NCBI GenBank assembly: GCA_964057225.1 | Contig: OZ059897.1 | Coordinates: 7,998,001 to 8,062,000, forward strand | DNA: 64,000 nt | Origin: Auanema rhodensis | Lineage: Eukaryota > Animalia > Nematoda | Reading direction: 5' to 3' | Position numbers and translations under genes: made by a program | Notes under the pieces: model-generated | Told to the model about the DNA's origin: nothing | Database searches by the model: none | The model's input: the letters and a program-made list of their open reading frames with translations, nothing else | Shown: positions 39,901-57,550 of the stretch, piece by piece | How the letters are laid out: each line of letters begins with the position of its first letter | Numbering within the stretch: position 1 is the stretch's first letter

Positions 39901-42900
39901 CAAAGCAGTCAATTCGCTTTCCTGAATAAAAGATTAACACTTGAAAAACTAAGAAAATAAACCTTTATTTTACAGTCATTTTTTGTTAAACGAGAATGAA
40001 CTTGTGATAGCATGATAAAACGATGCATTCTGCGTTCTAGATCAGATCTAAAATTCAAATAGAGAAACAGAAATTAACTCATATTATACCTTAGAGATAA
40101 AACTTGATCAAGTTGGTTTTTGATAAGGCATTGAGATTGATAATTCGGAACAAATGAGAAATCTGAATAAATATACTTTTTATTTCCAACTTCAGGGCAT
40201 GATTTATCAGTACCTGCTTTTCGAATAGGTCTCAAGACTAAATCTGCTATTGGTTCTGGTAAACCTTCAACGGCAACAGCATTCAATTCTTCAGGAGGGT
40301 ATTCTAACTCAATTAATTTGGCAGTACTTCGCCAAACAAGATAAAGGTAAGGATTTTCAGTGGATTTCTGGATTGGAAATAGCTAAATGTGATAGATATT
40401 ATAAAGCATTTGATACCTGTACAGGTGAAAGATGGGTGATTCCAAGTTTATGAAGGGAAATTTCCCGACTAAGTCGTGATCTAGCCAAGTGCCATAGTGT
40501 TGCTCTGAAAAATGTTGAATAGGATCAAATATGTATTATTACCTGTTAATGTAGTTTAATAAGTCTCGAATCTTGTCAGGATTATAGTTATAAAAATATA
40601 CAGTTAGCTTTTCTCCATTCGCTATACCATATAGTAATCTTTGTCGAGGTACAAAAGGATTGAAGCCGGGTGAAAACATATTGCATGCTGAAATAAAATT
40701 TTAATGATGATTGAAAACAAATTCTTACTATTCGAGTCGTTTGCAACTTTTTCCAAAACAGAAGGAAGCCCTGTTTTAGTGATTTCATAGCCATATCTAA
40801 GTGTTTCTTGTGCTACTTTTTCCACCATAGCAAGGATTATATAGTCTGTTTTAGCCTTCTCGTTCATCAGTGCACCTTGATCTTGCTAAAGCATAAATAA
40901 ACAATTATTTTATGAGAATTTAATTGAAAAACCGTAAATTGAGGAACAATTTTCCAATGTTTGTCAAGTTTCACAGTATACCGGTCTGGCCCAGCTACAT
41001 TTGGAGTACGTTCACAGAAATAAATCTTGTCACTGAGGTCAATATCATCGTTACTCAATGAATCTTTAAGTTTATCACAGATTTCAGATAGAGCCTGCAA
41101 ATAGGAATCAGCAAATTATTAATAATCAAAAAAGGTCTTGCTTTTCTCAGTGTATTCTGGCAGTCAAAATCCCAGGAATAACTGTGTACAGACACCATAG
41201 AGCTCTTGTTTTCAATTTCCTTGGCAATAACATAATCAAAGAAATGAGCTATTGAAGAAACTAGTTTAGGATTCAAACTTTTTTGCCTGCAAAATAAAAA
41301 ATATAAAATATACGAAGTCATTGCTCACGATGGTAAAATATTTTCCATAGATCCACCAATCTCAGAAGCAATGGATCCACGACGACCGCTGTCAAATGAA
41401 AATACTGATGATCCTGTCTTCTTCGAACTATCCAAAGTGTGTGAAGGTGTTAAAGGTTGACCACCACTAGGCAAAGCCTCAGAAGAATCACGTTTGCGTA
41501 AAGTCTGCCGTTTATCACTAGGTACTGGGGAAGCTTTGGAACTATTCATTTGAGTCCCTTCAAAATCATTATTTTAAAAAAGTTCAACGGAATTAAGAAC
41601 TCACTATATCCAGGAGTCGCATGAGGACTTTGCGGCATTTGATCAATGACGCTACTTCCAAGAACACTTGAAGTTTCAATTATTTTCAGATTTAAAATAC
41701 CAAATTCTGTGACTACATCGCAACAGGACTGAAACAAACAGATGTTAGAGGTTATACAACTAAAAAGCATACTCTCTCCAAAACACGTCTGAGGACTTGC
41801 TTAAGTTCGTCCAGATTAACATCTCCTCTTTGCCATACAAAAACTTGCATAATTAAAGAAGAACTGAATGGCTGACGATCGGTTGAACATGTCAAACGTT
41901 TGTAGAAAGAATTTCTATCCTTGTCGCTGTTGAAAGGTCTAACCAACAGATGATGAGAATGCTCTCTTAGTACCCCAGGAGTCAATTTCAATGTTTGACC
42001 CTCCAGCCCAACAAATCGAACTTCCAAACAGGCGATTCCTTAAAGTATTCATGTTTTTATAACAAAAAAACTAGTACCTCGTTTTCTTCGATTATCCTTT
42101 TCTGCTCCAGGAGTTTTAACATATATGAAAAATGTTTGAGAATTCAACGAATTATTGTATGGTGTAAAATTAAGATTATCCTAAATTGTTGATATATGAT
42201 ATTCATATGTATATATAATTTGGAACATACTTTACAGCGAGCTACGCTCATAGGTATTTGTAGATGTTGTTGTGTATAATAATATAAATCTTCCAAAAAA
42301 TCGCGCATATCTTCGGGAATTGGGAAACGAAAAACGGCAGAAGGTTCTTGCGGGCCACGTTGAAGAAACTAAAAAAAAACATTTGAATAATTGATGGAGA
42401 GACAATAATACAAACATTAATGTCATCTTCTTCAAAAGAAATATCACAATCCTTGTTGATAAATTCGTTGATTAATACATCCAGCACTTCCTCATCAAAC
42501 TGATGCTAAATTACGGATAATTAGAAGAAAAATTATATTTGTTTGTTAAAAACCTGAATGATTGAAATAAGGGAATTGTTGAAATCCTCAGCAGGACGAC
42601 TAATACCATAAACGGCCAATAAAATTTTTGATCCAATATTTTGCTCTACCTCTCTTAAAATAAGTTTTAAAAAGTATGAACCGAATGTTACGCTCACCTT
42701 TTATCTCTTTTTGATATAGGATTATTGAATTTGTTGTTCTGTGCGTCTGCTTCAAACTGAGCCAATGACGTGAAGAGATGCATATATAATACATTACCAT
42801 TTTCTTCCCTATGATAAGAATCCATTGTCGAATCATATTTTTAAACTCTACCTCATGACATAAGTATTAGGAACATTTTTAACTGCTAGTTTTCCAATTA

Positions 42901-45900
42901 CCCGTTCTACAATTGAGCAAGCTTTGGCCAAGGCATTATCATAACATTTCAGTCTTGAATGTACATCAAACCTAAAGAAAACAAGCATCAAATCATTTGA
43001 ACCAAAAATCGCACCAGAAAAGTTTTTGTAATGGGCAGGCAAAATAGCCTGGAGGAAATGCACTTCTATCAGTTTCAAAAAGCCGCGATTCCAATGGTAA
43101 TCCGTCATCATCGCTTTCTATAAAAAAAAGTTAATTTTGCAACTACAAGGGTTATACCATCCGATGAAGTTGCTGTTTCATAGGAAGATAGATTCTCAGG
43201 GCATAATAGGAGTGGATCGCATTCACCCAATTCATACATTTTTGCGAGCAACCGTTCCTAAAGTTCTGATATAGATTCCATTATTCATATTACAACAATA
43301 CTTGATTTATATTTCTGAGAATTTCTCTGAATTTTTTCCAAGTAGCATTAAAAACTTCAGTGTGTTGGTTTTTGTATCTATAAATAAAATTTGAGTATAC
43401 AATTAATGTATGACAGCGTAACCTTTGACAAAACTTGAAGGTAACTGTGTCATCTATTTTCAAAATAATCCAGAAATCTGCCAGTAAATCTTTTCGCTGA
43501 GGCAGACTATGTAGAGAAACATCCCCTAAAGTGTATGCATTCGAATAGAGCAATTTCATTTGATATTACCACCGTCTGTTGACTTATAATCTTTCATGAG
43601 TTCAGTCATTCGTTGAGTAGGGCACCTGTAAAGTTACGCGACTAAGAACAGAAAAGAAAGATTGATAATACATATACGCAGATTTCTTTCTCACGGCTGG
43701 CTTTGGTCTTGGCTCAAGCTCATCATATGTTGGATCAGAATCACATCGAATTCTTGGTTCAACATCCTTGAAAAAACAAGTCAGTATATTTTAAAATGTT
43801 TGAACTCACGGTTCGCTCAGCCGGTGGTAAGCGCGATTCAAATTCTTTTATATTTTCTACCTACAAGCAAAAACAAAACTCAAATGCAATTTAAAAGAAC
43901 TATACTTGACATATATAAAAATAAGGTGTTTTATCAACTCTTCTCAATATACAATAGCTGATTCTGGTGCCATCCAACCTTTCCTAAACAAAAATTAGAA
44001 TTTAATTATAATTTATTGGAAACCATAAGTAATTCCTTGTTTTCCTCCGATGACTCAACAAGCAGCAAATTACAGTATGTTTCTGATATTCTACTATTAC
44101 TACCATTTTTAGATTTCTAAAGAGAATTATTGGATATAAAGTTCAGCACAGATGTTAAACCTCTTCAGCAATAAAAGCAGAAATCTTGCTTAATTTTTCT
44201 CTTGTGACTTTTCCTTTTCGACTTTCAATCAAAATGGATTCCAACTCAAGCAAACGATTCATTCCATCTAACAACACTCTAACAGCTCCCCTTTCCTAAA
44301 CATTAAATTTATTCTAAAGTAATTCTAAATTTTGAACTAACTCTAAATGGCAACCCTTTCAAGAATAGTTCAGAGCGGTTACAACACAAACTATCTCCAC
44401 TGTCATCTGAGCTTTCATTAGATGAATTATCATGTCTGAACTGCCGTGAAGAAGGCCATGTCAAAACGTAAAGTAACATTTTAACAGAGACATCTTTCAC
44501 ATCTTAAATATATACATAGAAGCAGAAAAATGACGGGCAACTTGTACCATATTGGTGGGGTTTTCGTGAGGTGAGTTTTATGAGATTATGAATACAAGAC
44601 GGTATAAAAGAAATAGGGAAGCATTCCATCGAACCATCTTTGAAGTGTAACGCACAATTAAAAAAAACAAAGAGAGGTGTTTCCTGAACAATATAAAATA
44701 GTTTCTGAATATACGATAAATTTACTTTGCGATCTTTTTTCCTCATAGATCCGGTATCGGAATAATCCTCGACAGGTTGATCTTCAACAAGTTTAGAAAT
44801 TTCGTCAATTCTACTACGTGTACGAAGAGACCCCACATTCGATCCACTATCATCGTCAGCATGATCAGCATTTTCTTTATCATCTTCAACAGCAGCGTTT
44901 CCCTCATTCCTTAAACTGCCTCTGCGAGTTTCTGATCCAGACCCGTCTCTTATAAGAACAAAAGTTACACAAATCAACAAATTGAAATTCATACTTCTTA
45001 ATTTGGTAGTAAAAATAGTTGTCTACATTTGGTACTTGATGGAAGCTCCGTCCTAATGCTTCCTTGAACAGGTTGGTCAAATTAGACTCCTCGCAGCAAT
45101 AGTTGTTCTTTTCTTTAGACGACTGTAAGTAGTTGTGTTATTGGTTTATATAAATTATTGATTTACTTCATTTAAATGAACACAAAACGTTTCAAGAGCA
45201 CTGGCGACAGATTCTACTTCGAAAGAGCTGCCTTTGCATTGTTCATTCAGAACTGATTGTATAATAGAAGCTTCGATACTAATTCCTTTAAAAAAAATAA
45301 AATATTTCTACCAGACTACTCCACCTTACCTTTACATATGCAAGAATATACAGCCGAAACTAAGGCTCGTTCAACAACATTATAATAAACAAACTTAACA
45401 ACTTCTAATAATTTTACAGAAGAATAATTATGTTTCATTGTACTGCTACGACTATATGATATCCAGCTTTCAGGAACGTCTATAAGAACCATAATATGAT
45501 TCGAAACCGATCTGTCCCTACCATAGGGTTTTGGCTCTTCCCAGTTATGAGGGAAATTTTCCTCTTTCCTACAGTCTAATTCCCTCACACAACCTAATGA
45601 TTTACCAGTGATCAGCCCATAAGCCACCTGTGCTTCATCAGCTACACAAGCTATTATTGGTAACTCTATAATATAAACAAATAAAAATAACAAACGAGGC
45701 CCTATTAAATGTTACCATCCCAAGTAGGCCAATCATCCTTTTTAGGATCATCAGAGATTTGAGGAACAAATAGTAAGAACACAGCCCAAGGACTGAGTTT
45801 CATTACATAAATTCTGCATTTTGTATTTGTAAAATAATCTTGAAGAATAAAATATTGGTTACTATTAAATATGATTAGGAACCTGTTCGTTTCTCCGAAT

Positions 45901-48900
45901 GTTCAGTCTTTTTTGTTTGCTTTACCATTCCCTCGTAAACCTATATACCATATTAAACTAAAAATTTAATTTTCATATTAACCTTTTGGAATACATGCGG
46001 ATCTTCCATATCAATGGATACCGAGAAAAGAGCATCTAGCTCTCTAAGAAGAGAACTAAAGAAAGTTTTCATCCGTTTGATTTTGAAATCATCCTCTGAA
46101 ATTTTTTTTATAAATATTTTTGCATTCCTTTATGGATAGCGATCTTAGTTTCATTGATTTCTGATATAAAAATTATTTGCACTATAAATGTTGGCATTTT
46201 TTCATTTCAACCTCCGCAGCATTTACATTTGGGGCAAAAAAAATAGCCGCAGTGAACCAAATCATATTTTGGTGTGAGAGATATTAGTTATTAATGTTGA
46301 AATATGCAGCATAACCAATTGGTGGTAAAAACGTTTTGCAATCACTCGATACGCATCTCAACGCCACATTGCTATATCACGTTGATCAATAGATGACCCT
46401 CGATAACACAAACTAACGCTCCGTATTTTAGATGGTGAACATAGTCGTTTTTGTATATCAAACCATCGATTCCACATGTGAAGAACGGCTATTACAACAC
46501 AGCACTCGTTCGTTTTTCTCACAAAAAAAAGCTCAATCGTTCTATACTAAGGATGGTTGTCATTCATTTTCATCTCTACAGAAATAATCACAGTTCATTG
46601 AAGGAATAGAATCTATTTGTCATTTCACCGTTCATTCACCTTATCATTGTTTGCTGCAAAATGCAAAGCCAATTCCAGCTCACTGATGAACAGAGCATTA
46701 AAATCGTGGAAATAATTTCAAGAGTATTATTCTGTAACGAACAGAGACACGATTGGAAAAAAGAATGCAGTATGATAGCTATGATGACACGATTAAACGG
46801 CGGCCTACCATAGGCATATGTAATCCTTATTTAAACTATTGAAAACAGTGGGAAGTTCTGTAAAAACGTTTAAGCGATTTATGCAATTGATACACTGGCA
46901 CAAACATCTATGGAATATAGAGATACTAGTATTACTCTACAAGGTTAATAACGGGCGCCTACTGTTAAGCCATGTGTTTATGAAGTGAGCTAGTCGTATC
47001 TGCTTATACGATTTATTTTGACAGCTAGAATATTTGCGAGGACAAGTTATTTAGACAACTGCCTATATTTATACATACTGTATATTCCATAATAATGCTT
47101 CAGCAATACAGCATTGAGCTAGATGATGTGCTCAAGTGCTCATAACCTTCATGATTATTAAGATATATTATTCATTCCTATTGTGCCGTGATCTAATGCA
47201 CCTCTACAATTCATATCGTGCAATATGAGCAGGAGAATTATTCAGACCAAAATGATTTTGTATTAGCCCCCTCTTAGGGCTGGAAATAACTGCATATTCC
47301 ACGTAGCATATACATCAGCAGCATTTTCCCCACTGACTCATATCCCTTCTGTACTTTCATGACGCCATCCCTGACAAATTTCATACGTAGAATAAAAGAA
47401 GTATTAACAATTCCCTTTAACGTCATCTCTACATCGTCTCGCTTTTGTTGAAAATTTCCTTTCAATTTTTCATTTTAATCATCAAGTAAAAATAAATTTA
47501 AAACTCTTGAAATTTAAAAAAAGACTAACTTGTTTCGAACGTAGGAATACGAATCAAAACTCTGTTTGATTTTGAAGCCAACTTGGACAGTCGAACAGAT
47601 AAATTTACTGTCGAAATTGCCCGATTATTTTCTGATTCCAACTGTACTAAAAAGTAAGCGAAACATATTTCCTTCAAAACTTACTTCTTCTTCTGCTTCG
47701 GCATCATCCTGTGCGCTAAGCTTAATATTTCCCGCTGGGGAAGCACATAAACGAAGTAATTGATCAATAGAAAATAGAAGAACAACAATATCATCGTCAA
47801 TACAAGGAGCAGGTTCCTAATACAACAATGTGAACAAAAATACAATATCTAACAATCTTCATACATACATCTTCATATAAGTTAAGTAAATGGCAGTTCA
47901 GGAACAAGCAAGAAAATGGAGGTGAGAATCTCACTGTGATATCGAGAGTGATCCGAACCTCCACTTTACCGCAAGTCCAATTTATAATTATCAGTACACA
48001 AAATATTCGAAATGTTAGTAACCTTCAGCGCCAGATGAAAGTAATAGATCTGACAATGCCTTATGTATGCAAGATCAGAACTTTCAACTGACTCGAAAGA
48101 TTCCTGTAATGTCAGTTCCCAACTTACCTGTAAGGCAGTAAGGAAGGAGACAAAACAAAAGTTCTCTGATCGAACCAGTGCTACGTCCGCACCATCAGAA
48201 TGAGGGCTAGGAATGATTAGATAAGCAACTCTAGATAGCAATACCATAGGCAATTGATGCCATAACAAAGTTCTCGATAGCAGACCTCAAGGTATGTATA
48301 AACATGGGGAGATAGGGGTGGATCGTAATAATCAAAAATATAGTTGTCAAATCGAAAACTGATGTAAAATGTGATATGGTGGGGAGTAGAATGCGAAATT
48401 TGGCCTGCTATGTGAACAAGTGAAAATGTTATGAACCATATGGGCGGAGTCTCTACGCGCTGACAATCCCCTCCCCTACTCTGGTTGTTGACACGTGGAC
48501 ATGCAAATGTACAACAAAAGCAGATTATATGCATATTTTCCGATCGAACAAAACTTATATGAAGATGTACGTATGTATGTAATCCACCAACCTTAGGTCC
48601 GTTACTTTCATACAAAGCTGATGGTTCCATCCATGCTTCTGAAGATATTATTATGGGGTCAACGGGCCGATTGGCTGGCCTGATATTTATTTTATCATCA
48701 TGCCAAGGTCTAAAATTCTAATTTGTTTTTCAATTAAAACCTTGGAGTCACCTTGGAGATGCAGCCAGTAATCTACTACTTCGTTGATTTGGTGGTGGTA
48801 ACGTTGGAGGAAATATTATGAACTGTTCTAGAGCAGATCCAGTAGCGAAATTAACCTAAACGATATGAATGACAGAATCATACCAAAATACTCATATATA

Positions 48901-51900
48901 CCTGCCGGCAAACGCTAACCATACCATTTTTCGTCCAAGATATCTTGAAACCTTCTTGTTTCCTCTTTATTAAAATTAGATTTGATATATATGACGCATT
49001 AAAATCATCTCTACTATTTCCAGATTTAAGAGGAAAAAGCTTCCATATTCTTCTCCTTAAATGACCCACAGTAAAACCGTATGATATATGTCTCCTACTT
49101 GCAATACAAATATTTACTGATGGTATTGTATACTAAAACATCATTCGAATCGTCCTGTTCCTCCGGATTGATCTTTACTATTTCTTCCATATTGATAGGA
49201 ACATGGCCGTATCTTATCATGATCCGCTCAAGCGGTCTTCGGAAAACCATCAAAGCGGTCTGAACAAAAAACTTGGAGTTTGAAAATGGCACTCATTACC
49301 TCTGCAGGGCGGCTTGAACTACCACCCATCTTGAGATCGCTTAACTTTTTGCGCATCTCTTCGACAACCTTAAACAAGAATATTACAGTTCATAAAAATG
49401 AGCCTTTACTTTGGTTCGTTCACAACTATTCACTCCTCCAGGAAAAGCTGTTTTCAATATCAAACAAGGTGGTTCATGTGAAACTCTAATCATATAGAAG
49501 TATTTCGGTTTATCAGAATTTTCGCTGTAATAGAAGAAATATGTCGGACAAAGCATTACCCTCACCTTTTTACAAATGTTACATATAACTGATCGCGCAA
49601 AAGACAGAAAGAGGAGACTTCCTTTAGTAGACTGTATAGAGCAGCTTTAGATGCACCACAATCAATCTGTATTTTTTTTATTTAAGAACTATATATTTTC
49701 TAAAATGCAAATGTTGAAACTTACAGATACTGGGATTTTAGAAAAAACATTGAAAGACAGTTCCTTTGAGTGTAACACAACCCTCTCAAAATGCATATGA
49801 ACCCATTTTTGCCTAAATCGAGTTATTATGTGAGGAACAATTCTCAAATTATAACGAACCAAATACCATCATTGACATTACATAGCACTTTCCAAAATCT
49901 AAGAAATTTACCAAAATCATCTTCTGTGTCATAACGTTGGCTGAACGTTCAATAATGAATAAACAAACAATCTGTATGTTAACAAACCCTATAGGTGTAT
50001 CATCATCCATGTGAAAAATAGCCCTACTTCCAATTCCAGAAGGCAAATTAAAATATGCCTTGTCAGTATTGAACGAATGTATATGCATCATTAGTTCATC
50101 AGCATCTTGAATACTACAAAACAAAATATGTTCTACTGTTATTTGAAAGATTGTTACCTAGATATAGTTTTCTTCAATAATGAAATAAACTTTTTTCTTT
50201 CATCGCTGCTATTTACATCCCTTCGATTTAATTCTACAAAATCTTTAAGTTCTGATTTTGGTCCTCTAATAAACATCTCCGTACTAATAGCTTCTCTTTA
50301 AAATTTAATGAAACATTTAGAGCATTATGCAAATTATGCATACCTGTTATGAACAACAATAGGCCAACCCGCTGTAATTGTATATTCGATAAAAACCAAA
50401 GGTCGAAAAGGCATGGATAAGTGGAGCTTAATACGAGAATCGTTTTTTAAATATTGGACTAAAATATATTGATCATATATCAGTAGTAATACAGCGACAC
50501 TTGCCTTTTCTAATTGAAAATCCTTCTCGCAAACGAATATACAAAATTTCATGCAACTTGCTGTGATTAGTTCCTTTAGATAGAACAGGATAGGTGACAG
50601 AGTCACTGAAAGAAAGGATTAAAAGCATACCCAACACTTATTTACCATTTTTGAAACTCTGCAAATCCAGAACTAATTTCTCTAAGTACATTTGATATAT
50701 GCACATTTTCTTCCATAAAATTTTGAAAACTCCAACAAACCAGAGCCCTATAAAGCTGTGAAAATAAACATAGCTCTTAATTCTATTTGAACCTATGAAA
50801 ACTATTCAAATCTTTATAAGTCGTTTTATCATTTGTATTAGAAACTTCAATACTTTCAATTCCAAACCCAGAGCAACGGCAATTGGGTAAATATGAACCT
50901 ATAAACAGAGATGGTAAATTGGAAAACAGGGATAAGTTATACCAAATGTTGCCATAGCTAAAAAATGGAAAAGTTCGCCAGAAGCAACATGACCGAAACA
51001 TGCTTCACTATGCGCTGTTCCTTGGACCTAAAAGATTGTATAAAATATTAAAAATATCACCAGAAACCTGAATGAATGAGCATGATATTGTTTGGTTTCG
51101 AATTTGATTCAGCAAGTCTTCTAGAGCCAGTGTGTCAGGATTACCAGCTACTCCATCCGTTATAACGATAATGTCTTGAGAAACCATAAGTATATAACAT
51201 AAACAAATTAATCCTACTTGATTGTGAGTGTTCGGGTAATGATTGCATGGTAATTAATCCAAGTCGTAAAATAAACAGTATGGCTGATTCTGGGAAGATA
51301 TATCCATAAGATGATTTGGACAATTTAGGAGGTTGTAAAGCTTGATCTTCATAATACCTTAATAATCAAGACATGAAAAAATTATATAAATATGATATTT
51401 ACCAAATTTCTGATTTTCTATCAGAATTAAGACCTGTAGTAGATTGATCTTGCCTATAAATGAAAAATTAGTAAAAATAAATTACCATGGCTTATGCAAC
51501 CAATTACAGTTCAGAGAAATTTATAAATGATTTTTCATCTAAACGTGGAATGTGTATGAGTTTTATGCTAATTTTTCATAAATAATATCCTAATATCAAA
51601 TGTGAATATGACCCCATGACTTTCCATTTCAATGATATACCTGTTTATTTCACTCAGATTTTTACCAACTGCGTTCATGGCCATGAAATCTTCAGTATCT
51701 TGGTTGCTATTTTTGCGTGGTGGAACTTCATCATTTCTCGCCTTAAGTGAATAACCAATAAAGTTAATTTAGAAAAAAATACCCTATGGTGACGTCTCAA
51801 ATTCACCCAAGTTCTGAAGATTGGTTGTGAAAACTTATGTAGTGCTTTAACAAGCTCATTAAAACGAGAAGTAACTTTCTTTAAAATAGTTTCAATGTTA

Positions 51901-52728
51901 TTTTCCATTAGCAGATCGCCGTGAATTAGGACCTAGGGAGATCAAATATTTTTCTTAATCTGGGAGTATAAACTAACTGAACGTTCAGCAAAGCTTAAAA
52001 ATGGAACAAAAACAATAACGCTAATATAAACTTCAGGTCTGAATTTTCGACGAGTTCCAGGTATCGTGAACTAAAGTAAAACTAGATTCATTATCTTATA
52101 TTATGGAAACATACACTTTTGGCAACTGATGATATACTCAATTGCAGACATTGCAACAGTTTATGATGAAGACAAGAGTTGGATTGTTCATCCTTAAAAA
52201 TTGTATTTCAGGAAATAACGATAAATTTAAACAAACAGCGACAATAGAGGAAGGACTTAAATCCAGAATGAAAACATGTCGATAATATCGTGATAAAAAG
52301 GTAACCTAAAGCAATTGTTATGTACTGATGTTATAGTGCAAATTACTTTTGTATCAAGTGTTACTCGAAAAACTTCATTTCCTACACAAACATCAGGCGA
52401 AGCTCCTTTTGGTACTATTCCGTAAACAGTCAGTTCACGACCGTAATCATCCTTAAAGATAATGTAAACAAACTGAACAATTGAAACGTTTAGATAAAAT
52501 ACTTCAGCAGCTTCATCTTGAATAGAAATTGTTCGTCCAAGATGTTCAAAAAACCATTGTGCTCTTATGTTTCTTGAAACACGGAAATCTCTATGCATAT
52601 ATATGAAAACCTCTGCGGCTTCCCGTAGGCTCTCATTTCCGTTCGCTAAAATTAATTGTAAACAAAATGAAGACAAGAAAAAGTTTACAAGAGAGACGGG
52701 TATTACATTCATCTATATTACTGTCCAT
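36949..52728 (-). CDS. szt-2: SZT2, KICSTOR scaffold of the mTORC1 amino-acid-sensing pathway
   Basis: Predicted start MDSNIDECNTRLS|SNGNESLREAAEVFIYMHRDFRVSRNIRAQWFFEHL matches the recalled SZT2 N-terminus. Further motifs: IRLREGFSIRKV..FIEYTITAGWP, SEAWMEP, LIKRKQEGF, QVFVWQRGDVNLDELK. Dozens of short introns. Ends ..VTASLWADLLLRPPGRT* at 36949. Not every internal exon was traced. Confidence 0.92.
47868..48567. mobile_element. Putative non-autonomous DNA transposon (MITE-like), 700 bp, in an szt-2 intron
   Basis: Perfect 16-bp terminal inverted repeats CATCTTCATATAAGTT (47868-47883) and AACTTATATGAAGATG (48552-48567), each flanked by TA. The host intron 47817-48591 is 775 nt against about 47 nt typical. 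The flanking exons (..ESNGPK|EPAPCIDDD..) join in phase 0. Confidence 0.75.
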
Positions 52729-52910
52729 TATATTTCAAAAGTAAATCCATATCACGCTAAAACTTATTATACTTTAGAAACATTCTTCATTTATTCGAAG
52801 TACTGTTGGAGAAAAACCAGCACATATCAATGAAAACGAAAACAGTTTATGAAAAGCTTTGTACATACACGTTAAAACAAATGATAGTAATAATGCTTAG
52901 AAAAAAATAT
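52729..52910 (-). promoter_or_regulatory. Probable operon intercistronic region, smc-5 to szt-2
   Basis: 182 bp between the smc-5 stop and the szt-2 ATG on the same strand. Candidate poly(A) signals CATAAA (52851-52846) and AATAAA (52795-52790), U-rich tracts, and an unpaired acceptor TTTTAG ending at 52757. Confidence 0.65.
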
Positions 52911-57429
<4,519 letters not shown>

Positions 57430-57496
57430 TTCGGAAGAAGATAATAAGATTAGCAAAGATATAAACTACGAAATTTCAAGTATCATTAACATATAC

Positions 57497-57550
57497 TTCA
57501 AAATTTTTGAATTTAGCAATTTAAGCACAGTTATTTTCCGCAATTGCGCC
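57497..57550 (-). promoter_or_regulatory. Possible CHR + E2F-like elements upstream of smc-5
   Basis: TTCAAA (57497-57502) and TTTGAA (57506-57511) in inverted orientation, plus TTTTCCGC (57534-57541) and TTGCGCC (57544-57550). Confidence 0.35.

Noticed and set aside
47966-48630. ORF-track entries of 100 and 137 aa as szt-2 exons or a transposase
   Set aside because: They lie mostly inside the TIR element, show no DDE or HTH motif, and the flanking szt-2 exons join in frame without them.
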